Shown: positions 28,482-39,083, counted from the stretch's first letter. The stretch: DNA of 64,000 bases from Candidatus Magasanikiibacteriota bacterium (GCA_036744835.1 DAIOHD010000001.1:82320-146319); one strand, 5' to 3'. Numbers and translations are program-made. The notes: a model not told the origin generated them from the letters alone.

Positions 28482-29600
28482 TCAAAATAATTTATTTTGA
28501 ATAAGCCCTTTTTTAAATTCTTCATACTTATCATTTACAAACCTTTGCATTTTTTCTTTGAAAATTTCTTCACTAAATTTTTCCGCATGTATGCGAATTT
28601 TTCCACTATCCCAATTTGTTGGATGGAAATTTAAAATTGTATCAAATAGACTTTCCCAAGTTTGGTTTTTTATTAAGATTCCGGTTTCACCATCAATAAC
28701 AGTTTCTCCCGCCCCACCAACACCATAAGCTATAACCGGTCTTCCAGCAGCCATACTTTCTATCGCAGTAATGCCAAAATCTTCCAGTTGTGGATTGATA
28801 AAAGCCAATGATTTGCTCATTAATTCAGTTTTCTTTTCCTCAGTAATGCGCCCTAGAAATTCAATATTTGGCTTGGCTATTTTTTTTAAATGTTTTAATT
28901 CCGGACCGTCGCCAAATATTTTTAAAGGTAGCCCAAGGCGATTAAAAACTTTGATAACTAAATCTATTTTTTTGTAAGGTACCAATCTGCCACCGGCCAA
29001 ATAATAATCACCAAGAGTTGTGGAAATTTTAAATTTATCTATTTCTACTGGCGGATTGATTATTTGTGCTTCACGACGATAAAACTTTTGGATACGTTTA
29101 GCAACCGTAAAAGAATTGGCGATAAAATCATCTACCCTGTCAGCGCTCATCTTATCCCATAAACGTAAACGATGAATAAAATTCGGTGAAAAAAGTTTGA
29201 TTAAAAAATTATAGCGAAAATCACTAAGATATTTATGAGTATCAGACCATAAAAAACGCGGGGGAGTATGACAATAAGAAATATGTAAAGTGTTAGGGGA
29301 GGTTATTACTCCTTTGGCAAAAAGAGAAGTGCTGGAAATTACCAAATCAAAATTTTTAAGATCCAATTTTTCTATCGCTATTGGCATTAGTGGTAAATAC
29401 CATTGATAACGAGAATATATAAAAGGAAAATTTTTCAAAAAACTTTGTTTTACCTGGTCTTTTTTAAATTGGTCAAGTTTTTTTTCATCATGAAATAAAA
29501 CAAAAATTGGCGCCTCCGGCCAAATTTCATGGAGGGCCTTCAAAACTTTTTCCGCCCCTCCGTCTTGAGCTAAATAATCATGAACCAACGCTATTCGCAT
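28482..29600 (-). CDS. glycosyltransferase family 4
   Basis: MRIALVHDYLAQDGGAEKV N-terminus and a C-terminal GT4 sugar-donor motif. Confidence 0.8.
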   Translation of the reverse strand: MRIALVHDYLAQDGGAEKVLKALHEIWPEAPIFVLFHDEKKLDQFKKDQVKQSFLKNFPFIYSRYQWYLPLMPIAIEKLDLKNFDLVISSTSLFAKGVITSPNTLHISYCHTPPRFLWSDTHKYLSDFRYNFLIKLFSPNFIHRLRLWDKMSADRVDDFIANSFTVAKRIQKFYRREAQIINPPVEIDKFKISTTLGDYYLAGGRLVPYKKIDLVIKVFNRLGLPLKIFGDGPELKHLKKIAKPNIEFLGRITEEKKTELMSKSLAFINPQLEDFGITAIESMAAGRPVIAYGVGGAGETVIDGETGILIKNQTWESLFDTILNFHPTNWDSGKIRIHAEKFSEEIFKEKMQRFVNDKYEEFKKGLIQNKLF

Positions 29601-29647
29601 AATTTTTAATATTTACCACTTGCCACTTATTACTTGCTACTTGTAAC

Positions 29648-31066
29648 TTATTTCGCCCCCTTGCGACTCAAAACCACAAAAGGAGTTTTTATTAAAATAA
29701 TCAAATCTAAAAGCAATCTCCAGTTTTCAATATAAAAAGTATCCAGTTTTACTTCGTCTTCAAAACTTAAATCGCTACGTCCGGAAATTTGTGCTAAACC
29801 TGTAATACCCGGCTTGATAGCCAAAACTATTTTGTGATGTTTTTTATATTTATCAACTTCACGTGGTTGGTGTGGGCGAGGGCCGACTAAACTCATGTTA
29901 CCAACAAGAACATTAAAAAATTGAGGAAATTCATCTAAACTGAAGCGACGAATAAAATGACCAAAAGGTGTAACACGAGGGTCATTATTTATTTTGTAAA
30001 CAGGACCTTTTTTAATACTTAATTCTTTTATTAATTCTTTTTCTTTTTCCAAAGCCTCCTGACCCTGAGAGCCAAATTGTGCGCCAGTACAATATTTCTG
30101 ATACATGGAGCGAAATTTATAAGTAAAAAACAAAATTCCTTTTTGTCCAACTCTTTCATTTTTATAAATTATTGGTCGCCCGGTCTCAATGAGTATTATC
30201 AGAGAAACTATCAGATAAATCGGGGAGAAAATTATGATTAAAATAAAACTACCAATAATATCTATAATGCGTTTAAAAATTCTGCCCCAAATATTTAGAC
30301 GAGTTCGACGAAGTTCAATGATTGGAATATCATCAATCGTACTAAGAGTAATATTGGAAGTGATAGTATCCAGTAAATCAGCGGAATATTTGAAAGATAG
30401 ATGATTTTCATTGGCAAAATCTATGGCCGACAGCGCTTCTTCTTGATTGGCTTTTGGATCAGCAAAGATAATATCGTCAGGTTTGAGAGTTTTGATTTTA
30501 GTGGCAATTTCTTCGTTAAAAGTTTCAAAATTACCGACTAATTTATAACCAAGCATTGGTTGATTGTTTATATTTTCCATGATGCGAAGAGCTATGTTTT
30601 GTGCACCGATAATCACGGTTTTACGTAAACCAAAACCTCGACTATATAAAAATATTTTTAATCCGCGAATAATGGCACGAGCAAAAATCACATAAATAAC
30701 CGCCAAAATCCAACCCATCAAAACCAAAAAACGAGAATCAAATTTTTGCAAAGTAAAAAATACATAAATCGTAATTCCGGCAAATCCGGTGGCGCAGGCA
30801 AAAAAGATACGGTTTATATCTTTGAGTAATCTCCTGTTTGGGTCGGCATTATAAAGTCCGGAAAAAGCAAAGATGATTATCCAAACCCCGGCAACCAAAA
30901 GAACTATCGGCCAATAAGTATACCAGGTCAGATCAAACATTATCGGACGAATACTTTTGATAAATTCAGTATAACGTAAACTGTAAGCGGAAAACCCAGC
31001 TAAAACAATCATAAGATAATCAATCGGAAGTTGAAGAAAGGTAAAAAAAAGTTCGAATTTTTTCAT
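29648..31066 (-). CDS. undecaprenyl-phosphate sugar phosphotransferase (WbaP/CpsE-like initiating enzyme)
   Basis: Multiple N-terminal TMs, C-terminal bacterial sugar-transferase domain (PRPHQ...LAIKPGITGLAQISGRSDLSFEDEVKLDTFYIENWRLLLDL). Confidence 0.85.
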   Translation of the reverse strand: MKKFELFFTFLQLPIDYLMIVLAGFSAYSLRYTEFIKSIRPIMFDLTWYTYWPIVLLVAGVWIIIFAFSGLYNADPNRRLLKDINRIFFACATGFAGITIYVFFTLQKFDSRFLVLMGWILAVIYVIFARAIIRGLKIFLYSRGFGLRKTVIIGAQNIALRIMENINNQPMLGYKLVGNFETFNEEIATKIKTLKPDDIIFADPKANQEEALSAIDFANENHLSFKYSADLLDTITSNITLSTIDDIPIIELRRTRLNIWGRIFKRIIDIIGSFILIIIFSPIYLIVSLIILIETGRPIIYKNERVGQKGILFFTYKFRSMYQKYCTGAQFGSQGQEALEKEKELIKELSIKKGPVYKINNDPRVTPFGHFIRRFSLDEFPQFFNVLVGNMSLVGPRPHQPREVDKYKKHHKIVLAIKPGITGLAQISGRSDLSFEDEVKLDTFYIENWRLLLDLIILIKTPFVVLSRKGAK

Positions 31067-31245
31067 AAAAAGTTTATTTTAAATTTGATGTTATTTTATT
31101 ACAGATTAGGGTTTTAGTCAAAGTTTTTTATGTAGTATGTATTATGTAGTATGTATTATGTATGTAAAAATTTTTTATATATAATACTTGCTACATACTA
31201 CGTAATATTTTTTGGCTCTTTTTAGCTAAAATAAACCCCTGTATG

Positions 31246-31274
31246 TTGACAAAAGTGTCAAAATATGATATACT
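31246..31274 (+). promoter_or_regulatory. sigma70-type promoter of rnpB
   Basis: TTGACA (31246-31251), 17-nt spacer, TATACT (31269-31274). Upstream TTAGCTAAAATAAACCC matches the upstream element of the 4930 promoter. Confidence 0.6.
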
Positions 31275-31280
31275 TTTTAA

Positions 31281-31792
31281 GTTCAAAGCGGATGGTCGCT
31301 TGGGTCGGAATACGACCCGAGAGGAAAGTCCGAACGCCTCTATCGATAAACTATTATAGACAGGCTAAAAATTAAGAATCTCTTGGTTTTTAGAGGTCTC
31401 GTTTGTCTGAAAGGTAAGGGGTAGCGGGTAACGCCCGCCGTTGCATTGGTGACAATGCAAAAGGGAAAGTGGCACAGAGACTATACTAACGAGTCCCGCT
31501 TGCGGGACGAGTTATCCCGCCCTTCTGGGTGGAAATAACTTGAAATTAATTTTTCTCGTCAAAGGTGAAAAGTGTATGAATGTCTTATATATGGGCTATC
31601 ATACTCGATTGGCAGTGATGCCAAAAACGTGCCAAACCCTGCCTGGCGCAAGAGCAATGTTTTCATTCTCAGAATGAATTCAGAAAGTTAGCTCGCAAAG
31701 ACTGGCACAGTGATGTGACCGGCAAGATAAATGACCATCTCTCTCGATTATGTCGGGACAGACGAAATTCGGCTTATAGCTTTGGATAAAAC
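31281..31792 (+). ncRNA. rnpB: RNase P RNA (bacterial type), expanded to about 510 nt
   Basis: Conserved GAGGAAAGTCCG (P4 5' strand), GGGTAACGCC, ACAGAcgAAatTCGGCTTAT (P4 3' strand). P1 pairing between CAAAGC at the 5' end and GCTTTG at about 31779. Terminator hairpin GCACCCAAAACGGGTGC + T-run at 31804-31835. Confidence 0.65.
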
Positions 31793-31955
31793 ATATAACA
31801 AAAGCACCCAAAACGGGTGCTTTTGTTGTTTTTTTGTTTGTCCGCACGTAGTCTGTAGTCCGAAGTCTCAAAAGACTATATTTTTTGACAAAATCGCTTT
31901 TTTATGCTATACTATATAGGTATTTTAGAAATATTTAATTTTTAAATATAAAAAT

Positions 31956-32171
31956 ATGGAAAAATTTAGTTTTGGTTCTAGAGGTGAAAAAAGGCCTTTG
32001 CCAGACCTAACACCCGAAGAACAAAATGTATCAAAAGAACTTTATGAAGATTATAAGAAAAAAGTAGAAATAGGCGAGATCAAGCCTGCCTCAAAAGAAA
32101 GAAAGATAAGTGGAAATTTTGCATCAAATAGAGATTTTGCAGATACTCCGGATGAAAACTCCAAAGAATAA
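31956..32171 (+). CDS. small hydrophilic hypothetical protein
   Basis: 71-aa ORF with promoter TTGACA(31888)-17-TATACT and terminator CTTCGTCCGCCAGTTGGCGGACGAAG at 32189-32214. No strong RBS. Confidence 0.35.
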   Translation: MEKFSFGSRGEKRPLPDLTPEEQNVSKELYEDYKKKVEIGEIKPASKERKISGNFASNRDFADTPDENSKE

Positions 32172-32279
32172 AAAATAAATTAAAAAACTTCGTCCGCCAG
32201 TTGGCGGACGAAGTTTTTTAATTGTTTATTTTTTGTTTTAAGACGATGTTCCCATATTTAATATCTGATACTAAATACT

Positions 32280-34082
32280 TTATACCTCGATTACAACAGG
32301 CAATACCATCGGCCTTTTCTCTGTTTTAGTATAGAGAAACTGTCCAACATAATCGCGAATTTTATTGCGTATATTGTTGGTATCAGCCCAAGAAAGCGGA
32401 TCGGAATCAATAACCATCTTTTTCACGCGATGGCGCAGATCTTCAATCATTTCTTTATTTTCTTTGAGGAAAACAAAACCGCGGGAAATAATATCCGGAT
32501 TTTGGATAAGTTTTCCGGTTTTACTATCCACGGTGGCGATAACCACGATCATACCATCTTCAGCTAAAACTTGACGATCACGAAGTACGATATTGGTTTC
32601 GTCAGATACTCCGAGTCCATCTACAAAAACATAATCGGCGTTGATTTTTTCTTTGGTTAATTTTCCAGTATTAGCGGAAAATTCCATAACTTGTCCATTA
32701 TCAGCGATAAAACAATTTTCTTTGGGGAAACCCATAGAGGTTGCTACGCGTGCATTATAATGAAGTAGAAAGTGATTGCCTTCAATTGGAATAAAATATT
32801 TTGGATTAAGCAAGCGGATCATCAATTTAACATCATCAGCTTTGGCGTGACCGCCGGCGTGTACATCCATCATTTGATAATGGATTACTTCCGCACCTTT
32901 ACGGAAAAGTGTGTCTTTGAGACGTTGCACCGTGCGTTCATTACCCGGAATAACTGAAGATGAAAATACAACTGTATCACCAGGTACTAGTTTGACAAAA
33001 TTATGTTCGCCACTGGCAATACGCATGAGTGAAGCATTTTTTTCACCCTGTGCACCAGTGCACATAATAACTACTTTATTGTCCGGATAATTATGGACAT
33101 GGCGTAGATCAATCAAAGTTTTTGGTGAAAATTTCATATATCCGAGTTGTTTGGCGATTTCCACATTACTTTTCATAGAAAAGCCATCAAGGGCGATGAC
33201 CTTACCGTGTTTTTCGCAAATTTCCACTATTTGTTTGATACGAGAAAGTAGTGATGCAAAAGTACCGATAATTAGGCGACCTGGAGCTTTAGATACTATT
33301 TCATCTAGGTTACCACGAATTTCCGATTCAGACATTTGATTTCCTGGCTGAGAAGCATTGGTAGAATCAGACATTAAAGCCAAAACCCCCTCGGATCCTA
33401 TTTTGGCAATACGTTGTAGATCTGCCGGTTTTTCACCAGATGGTTGATGGTCAAATTTCCAGTCCCCGGTATGAACGATATTACCCTCTGGGGTTTTTAT
33501 CACTATACCCATAGTATCAGGAATATTGTGATTAAGATGGAAAAATTCCAAATCAAAACTACCTAAACGTAGTTTATCGTCAATAGTGATGTTGTGAATA
33601 TTGAGTGGTTTGAGGTTTTTGTAATCTTCTTGACGTTTTTTGATGATAGCATTGGTCAGAGGTAGCCCAAAAATTGGCGGATATCCAAGCATCGGGATGA
33701 GGTGGGGGATACCTCCAATATGATCATAGTGGGCGTGGGTTATAATAACCCCGCGGATATTTTTTTCTTTACCTTTCAGATAAGACATGTTTGGGATGAT
33801 GTAATCAATACCTGGCATATCTTCTTCAGGGAATTGCAATCCCATATCAATGATAATAATATCATTGCCATATTCAAAAAGAGTACAATTACGACCGACT
33901 TCTTCTAGTCCACCAAGAACCATGACGCGTAGTTTTTTATTTTCCGTGCGAAAGCGCGCAAAAGAAGGGTTAGTACTATTTGGAGCTTGACTCGGTCTGC
34001 TTGCACTATTGCGACGATAAAATCGCTGACCACTTCTTTGAGGTGGTCTGTTTGTTGTTTGTGTAGATTTGTTGAAAATCAT
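32280..34082 (-). CDS. rnj: ribonuclease J (MBL/beta-CASP) with an Arg/Ser-rich N-terminal extension
   Basis: THAHYDHIGG motif, beta-CASP region. Approx. 45-aa basic low-complexity N-terminus. Confidence 0.85.
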   Translation of the reverse strand: MIFNKSTQTTNRPPQRSGQRFYRRNSASRPSQAPNSTNPSFARFRTENKKLRVMVLGGLEEVGRNCTLFEYGNDIIIIDMGLQFPEEDMPGIDYIIPNMSYLKGKEKNIRGVIITHAHYDHIGGIPHLIPMLGYPPIFGLPLTNAIIKKRQEDYKNLKPLNIHNITIDDKLRLGSFDLEFFHLNHNIPDTMGIVIKTPEGNIVHTGDWKFDHQPSGEKPADLQRIAKIGSEGVLALMSDSTNASQPGNQMSESEIRGNLDEIVSKAPGRLIIGTFASLLSRIKQIVEICEKHGKVIALDGFSMKSNVEIAKQLGYMKFSPKTLIDLRHVHNYPDNKVVIMCTGAQGEKNASLMRIASGEHNFVKLVPGDTVVFSSSVIPGNERTVQRLKDTLFRKGAEVIHYQMMDVHAGGHAKADDVKLMIRLLNPKYFIPIEGNHFLLHYNARVATSMGFPKENCFIADNGQVMEFSANTGKLTKEKINADYVFVDGLGVSDETNIVLRDRQVLAEDGMIVVIATVDSKTGKLIQNPDIISRGFVFLKENKEMIEDLRHRVKKMVIDSDPLSWADTNNIRNKIRDYVGQFLYTKTEKRPMVLPVVIEV

Positions 34083-34313
34083 AGAGTATAAATGTCAAAT
34101 TCCAAATTACCAATTTCCAATCAATGACAAATATCAAATTACAAATTTTGACATTTGGATTTTGAAATTGATTTGATATTGGATATTGGAAATTTGAAAT
34201 TAATAAGTTAAATAAATAAATAAACTGTTTAAGACAGTTGTTTGAAGTCTGTCTTGAAATTAAAGTTAAAACTAAGAAGTTTGGACGTACGCGCCCGCCT
34301 GCCTAACGCCTAG

Positions 34314-34395
34314 TGCCGATGGCGGGATTCGAACCCGCAAGTCTTTCAACACATGCTCCTGAAGCATGCGTGTCTACCAATTTCACCACATCGGC
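34314..34395 (-). tRNA. tRNA-Leu (anticodon CAG), long variable arm
   Basis: rc reads GCCGATGTGGTGAAATTGGTAGACACGCATGCTTCAGGAGCATGTGTTGAAAGACTTGCGGGTTCGAATCCCGCCATCGGCA. Anticodon loop TTCAGGA. No CCA encoded. Flanked by extended inverted repeats. Confidence 0.75.
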
Positions 34396-34528
34396 ATTAG
34401 GCACTAGGCGGGCAGGTATACCAATTCCGCCACTCGTCCGTGTTGTTGGACTTCGGACCATCGTCTACTACTGAGTACAGTAAAGTGAAATAATTGTAGT
34501 CTGAAGACTGTGGGTCTGAAGTCTAATT

Positions 34529-36481
34529 TTACTTCCACTGTTTAGCTGTTTTGATGTACCATTTATTAAAAGAAGAAAAACGATCGGCGGGAATCAAGAT
34601 AGAGCCCACATTTATTCCTTTTATATTTTTATCCACGGCATAATAATAAGTTGGGGTGTACAAAAATATTGCTGGAATTTTTTTAGCTAAGATATCTTGA
34701 AATTTTTTGTAAAAGTCTTCTCTTTTGGTAATATCGTCGGTGGTGCGAGCATCTTCTAATAATTTATCCGCATCTTTATCTGAAAAAAGAGCTAAATTTA
34801 AACCCGGAGATTGTATTTGACTGGAATGCCAAAAAGCATAAGGATCAGGATCTCCGCCTAAAATTTCACCGAATAATAAAATTGAATAATTTCTTTCGCG
34901 AATGTTTTCTTTAATAATTTTTTTACTATCGATCAATTCGACGAAAGTCTGAATACCTATTTTTTTCCAAGCCGCAGCAATAAGCTCAGCTGTTTTTTTG
35001 TATTCCGGGGTATCAACCGTGGTGATAATTAAAGATAGAATATTATCGTTTTTATTTTTACGATAAAAAGTATGTTCGGAATCCAACTCTTTTTCTGCTA
35101 AACTTCGGGCTTCTTGGTTTAAGTCTCTATTTGGAACAACTTCTTCTGTTGAGCTTGCGGACGTCGTATTGGTAGCGGGGTATTTTTCATTGAGCTCTTT
35201 GAGAATTTGTTTTTCTCTGAGTTCTAGAAATTTTTCCGGCTCAATTCTGCTCCAACTTTTATCCAATAAGTTATTAGCTTCTTCTATGTTGAAATTTACT
35301 TTTTTAATTTCCGGGTGAAAGCCTATTTCATTTTTTAGTATTGGTCCGGAAACGATTTGACCATTATTTTTCAAGACTTCCTCAAGAATCATTTTTTTAT
35401 TGAGACTTGTTGCTAAGCACAATCTTAAATTTTCGTCTTTTAAAACTTTTTCTTTTACTTGATTAAAAAATAAAGCGACATATTGAGGTAGTTGCAAATC
35501 ATAAAAATTAAAATTTTTACCAGAAATTTTTTCTTTTAATTCGTAAGGAACGAAACTTAGTCCATGAATATGTTGATTGCGTAAGTCGTCCAATGCTTGA
35601 TCGTAACTATCATAAAATTTAAAAATAACACTATTTAAATATGGTTTTTTACCATAATATTTTTCGTTTCTTTGTAAAGTATAACTTTGGATTTTGTTTG
35701 TAAAATTATCTTTGACCATTTTGGTAAAGATATAAGGCCCGGAAACCAAAGTTGGCTGTAGGTTATCTTTGGCTAATTTTAAATTAGTCGGATTAATTTG
35801 TCCGAATATTTTTTCAGGAACTATCCCTAAAACCAGACTATTAAGAAAAGGAGAGAAAGGTTCTTTGAGAGCTAAAGAAAATTGTTTATTGTCAATTTTT
35901 TCAAAAATTATACCTTGAAAAGAGCTAAATAAAGGGCTGCCCACTTCCGGATTTTGAATGGCATCAAAAGTAAAAGCCACATCATCAGTAGTTATTTCGT
36001 TACCGTTACTCCAGTAGATTTCGTCTTTTAATTTAAAAGTATAAATCTTTTTATCTTCGCTAAGAATATAGTTATCTATCAGTTCCGGAACTAGTTTTTT
36101 ATTTTCATCATATTTAAAAAGTTTTGCATAAATCAAGGCTGAAATGTCCATATCAATATCGTTGGCACTTTCAAAAATAGGGTTGATAAGTTTTGGTGTT
36201 CCAACTAAGCCCTCTATATACTCACCCCCAACTGTCGGTAAAACTGCAATATTTTCAAAAATAAAAAACATCAACCAAATTAAAGCGGTAGCAAGACCAA
36301 CAGTAAAAGAAGACCAAAAACTGACTTTTTCTTTTTTGTTTAAAAAATAAAAAAAGTATTTAAGTTGGGATAGGTTGGGAAGGCGTTTTTTATTAACTTT
36401 TTTGACTAAGACTTGATCAAAGTTTTTAACCAACGGCCTTCTTTCCTTTTTTTTGAATTGAAAAAATTCCGGCAGGTTCAT
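34529..36481 (-). CDS. ABC transporter substrate-binding protein, family 5 (Opp/Dpp-like), N-terminally membrane anchored
   Basis: 650 aa. N-terminal TM. Overall family-5 SBP features recalled from memory. Confidence 0.65.
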   Translation of the reverse strand: MNLPEFFQFKKKERRPLVKNFDQVLVKKVNKKRLPNLSQLKYFFYFLNKKEKVSFWSSFTVGLATALIWLMFFIFENIAVLPTVGGEYIEGLVGTPKLINPIFESANDIDMDISALIYAKLFKYDENKKLVPELIDNYILSEDKKIYTFKLKDEIYWSNGNEITTDDVAFTFDAIQNPEVGSPLFSSFQGIIFEKIDNKQFSLALKEPFSPFLNSLVLGIVPEKIFGQINPTNLKLAKDNLQPTLVSGPYIFTKMVKDNFTNKIQSYTLQRNEKYYGKKPYLNSVIFKFYDSYDQALDDLRNQHIHGLSFVPYELKEKISGKNFNFYDLQLPQYVALFFNQVKEKVLKDENLRLCLATSLNKKMILEEVLKNNGQIVSGPILKNEIGFHPEIKKVNFNIEEANNLLDKSWSRIEPEKFLELREKQILKELNEKYPATNTTSASSTEEVVPNRDLNQEARSLAEKELDSEHTFYRKNKNDNILSLIITTVDTPEYKKTAELIAAAWKKIGIQTFVELIDSKKIIKENIRERNYSILLFGEILGGDPDPYAFWHSSQIQSPGLNLALFSDKDADKLLEDARTTDDITKREDFYKKFQDILAKKIPAIFLYTPTYYYAVDKNIKGINVGSILIPADRFSSFNKWYIKTAKQWK

Positions 36482-36522
36482 TTTCAGCGTTATTTAATAT
36501 AGAAGATAATTTTAAACTAATT

Positions 36523-36741
36523 TTACCAGAATAATCTGATAAAAGAAATACCGAAGAAAAGAATAGAAATAACTATAGTAGCGTAGAAAAGGATTTTATC
36601 TATACCGCGTTTAGTGCTATAAACATTGGAAGATCCGCCAAAAACCCCTGATAAGCCAGTGCCTTTTTGTTGTAATAATATGATAATAATCAAAATTATG
36701 GCTAAAACAAGCTGAATTATGTTAAAAATCAAAGTTTTCAT
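36523..36741 (-). CDS. secG: preprotein translocase subunit SecG
   Basis: LLQQKGTGLSGVFGG motif and two TM helices. Start MKTLIFN is preferred over the track start. Confidence 0.7.
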   Translation of the reverse strand: MKTLIFNIIQLVLAIILIIIILLQQKGTGLSGVFGGSSNVYSTKRGIDKILFYATIVISILFFGISFIRLFW

Positions 36742-36876
36742 AGGAAAAAATAAGAAGATTAATGACTTTGATAAATATATCATAAAAAGAGTTTTTTGTC
36801 AATCATACTTTTTATATACCTATTTACCCTTGATCAACTTCAGGATCTGTGGTAGGATAGAGCCATAGTATCTTTT

Positions 36877-37620
36877 ATGGAAAATTTTCAATTTTTAGCG
36901 AAAAAAAACTGGTATAAACAGTGGTGGGGAGCTACAATTATCGTTGTTTGTTTTTTTGTTTTAGCATTTTCTCTAGCCATAACTCTTTTGACTTGGCGAT
37001 ATAGTCAACTTATTAAACAAGGTTATGGTGAAGAGTTAAAAAATAATATTTATGGCCAACAACAGGAAAATTCTCAAATGTTGATGACTAGAGCTGAACT
37101 TGAATTGGATCAAAGACCTTTTTTGGGAAATAAAGAAGCAAAATTAATCATTGTAGCTTTTATAGATTATAAATGTCCGGTTTGCAAAGAACAAAATATT
37201 GTTTTGCAAAAAATTATTGCCAAATACGGCCAACAACTAAAGTTAATTTGGAGATTTTTTCCGATTGAAAGTTTGAATTTGGGCGCTTCTAAATTAGCGG
37301 AGATGGCTTACTGCGCTCAGGAACAGGGAACTTATTGGGTAGCGCACAATTACTTGTTTAATTATCAAGATAAATTGACACAAAATATAACCGTTGAAGA
37401 TATTGATAATTTTATCAAAGAAAATGGTTTAGAAAAAACCCAATTTAATTCTTGTTTAGTTGGAGATAAAAGCAAAATTGAAGTAAATCGTGATTATGCC
37501 GTTGGTTATAAATATGGTGTAGCCGGTACGCCGACTTATTTTATCAATGGTAATAAAATACAGGGCAATATTCCTTTTGAAACTTGGGAGAATATTATTA
37601 GTAAAATTTTAAATCCTTAA
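36877..37620 (+). CDS. membrane-anchored DsbA-like thiol:disulfide oxidoreductase
   Basis: N-terminal TM and thioredoxin-fold CPVC active site (FIDYKCPVCK). Confidence 0.7.
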   Translation: MENFQFLAKKNWYKQWWGATIIVVCFFVLAFSLAITLLTWRYSQLIKQGYGEELKNNIYGQQQENSQMLMTRAELELDQRPFLGNKEAKLIIVAFIDYKCPVCKEQNIVLQKIIAKYGQQLKLIWRFFPIESLNLGASKLAEMAYCAQEQGTYWVAHNYLFNYQDKLTQNITVEDIDNFIKENGLEKTQFNSCLVGDKSKIEVNRDYAVGYKYGVAGTPTYFINGNKIQGNIPFETWENIISKILNP

Positions 37621-37631
37621 TTTTAAGGAGT

Positions 37632-39083
37632 ATGTCAAAAAAAATATTTTTGTCCTATCTAACTCTAATGTTTTTATTAACAGGAGTTTTTTTGTTTTTT
37701 TCCCATGTTCAAGCTGGTGAAGTGACAAAAAAACCAGCAGAAAATCCTCTATGCTGGACAAGAAAGATGTGTAATGATTTTAGATTATCAAATGAATGGA
37801 CAGGAAACGGTTTTTTTCCTGATAACGAATGCAAAGGTAATGATTTTGGAAGTGCGAAAGAGTATGATTGGGGTAAATGTTTAGCCGGAGCGCAAACAAC
37901 TCTCCAGGTTTCTTTTGGTGGAGCCGGAGGGATGAAAATTACTCCGGATATAGGTAATTATATAAAAATTGTTTATAATTATGCCTTGGTAATTTTATCT
38001 ATTTTGGCTTCTATTATGATTATTGTCGCCGGAGTTCAGTATATATCTTCGGCTGGTAGCCAAGAAATGATAACTGGTGCCAAAAAGAAGATTACGGGTG
38101 CGCTTATCGGTTTGGCTTTGGCTTATATGTCATATACTATTTTGAATATGGTCAATCCGGCAACAATAAATTTGAGATTGCCCCAGGTCTATATGATTCG
38201 AGAAATGGCTTTATCAAAATTATGTAAAGATGTCGATGATGGTGTTTTTAAAAATCTTCAGGATAAAATTTTTACGCAAACTTCCGCATCGGTGATTAAA
38301 TTCAAAGGAGAAGCGACATCTACAGTTTCTGAGAAAAGTAAAACCAGTTGCGGCAAAGAATATAGCGATCCTTTGGGTAATAATTGTATGGGGAGTAATT
38401 GTACCGGTTATTTAGCGGTAAATGAAGACGGGGAAACAGATGGCAGTAAATGTGGCGATGATGGTGTTTTGTGCGCTTGTGTTGCTGGTGGAAAACACCC
38501 CAGTGGATATATGTGTAAAAAAGGGATGATTGGTGGAACTATAACTTTGACCAATAAAGAAAAATATGTTGATAGTATAATACTATGGTGGGTCGAAAGA
38601 GGGACTTTTGCACAGCCAAGAATAAATTACGATATGATAAAAATACAAGAAATAAATACCGATGAACAAGATAAAAATTATGTTTTGGAAACACCGTGGA
38701 TAACTTCAGGATGGTCTACTGACTATGTTGATGCAAAAAAAACATTAGGAGGATATTTGTTAGTAATTGAAGTTAACGATCCAAGTGGTATTAGTAGCGT
38801 TGATGATAATTGGATTTTGGATAAAAAAAGCTGCAGTGGTCAAGGACCCCTTGCTGGAATAAATGAAGTTGGTTATGACTTGGATGATAACACAGTAGTG
38901 GTTCAAGTAAACGATCCGCTTTATCCCGGACCCATTGAAAAAGCTGAATTAATTACCGTGGACGATATGGCAGATGGTTTTACTTGTGATTTGAATATTG
39001 ATGGTAGATTTCCAAATATCAATGATAGTATGACAAAATATAAACATCCACGACAAGGTACTAGTTTTTACATGGCTAGATAA
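37632..39083 (+). CDS. exported Cys-rich protein with signal peptide and an internal TrbC/VirB2-like two-helix hydrophobic hairpin
   Basis: 483 aa. Signal peptide ...SHVQA. Hydrophobic helices at about 113-135 and 150-172. Fourteen or more Cys in CxxC/CxC clusters in the C-terminal 300 aa. Confidence 0.55.
   Translation: MSKKIFLSYLTLMFLLTGVFLFFSHVQAGEVTKKPAENPLCWTRKMCNDFRLSNEWTGNGFFPDNECKGNDFGSAKEYDWGKCLAGAQTTLQVSFGGAGGMKITPDIGNYIKIVYNYALVILSILASIMIIVAGVQYISSAGSQEMITGAKKKITGALIGLALAYMSYTILNMVNPATINLRLPQVYMIREMALSKLCKDVDDGVFKNLQDKIFTQTSASVIKFKGEATSTVSEKSKTSCGKEYSDPLGNNCMGSNCTGYLAVNEDGETDGSKCGDDGVLCACVAGGKHPSGYMCKKGMIGGTITLTNKEKYVDSIILWWVERGTFAQPRINYDMIKIQEINTDEQDKNYVLETPWITSGWSTDYVDAKKTLGGYLLVIEVNDPSGISSVDDNWILDKKSCSGQGPLAGINEVGYDLDDNTVVVQVNDPLYPGPIEKAELITVDDMADGFTCDLNIDGRFPNINDSMTKYKHPRQGTSFYMAR

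Noticed and set aside
31680-31919. ORFs 31680-31871(-) and 31731-31919(+)
   Set aside because: They lie within or across the RNase P RNA gene and its terminator.
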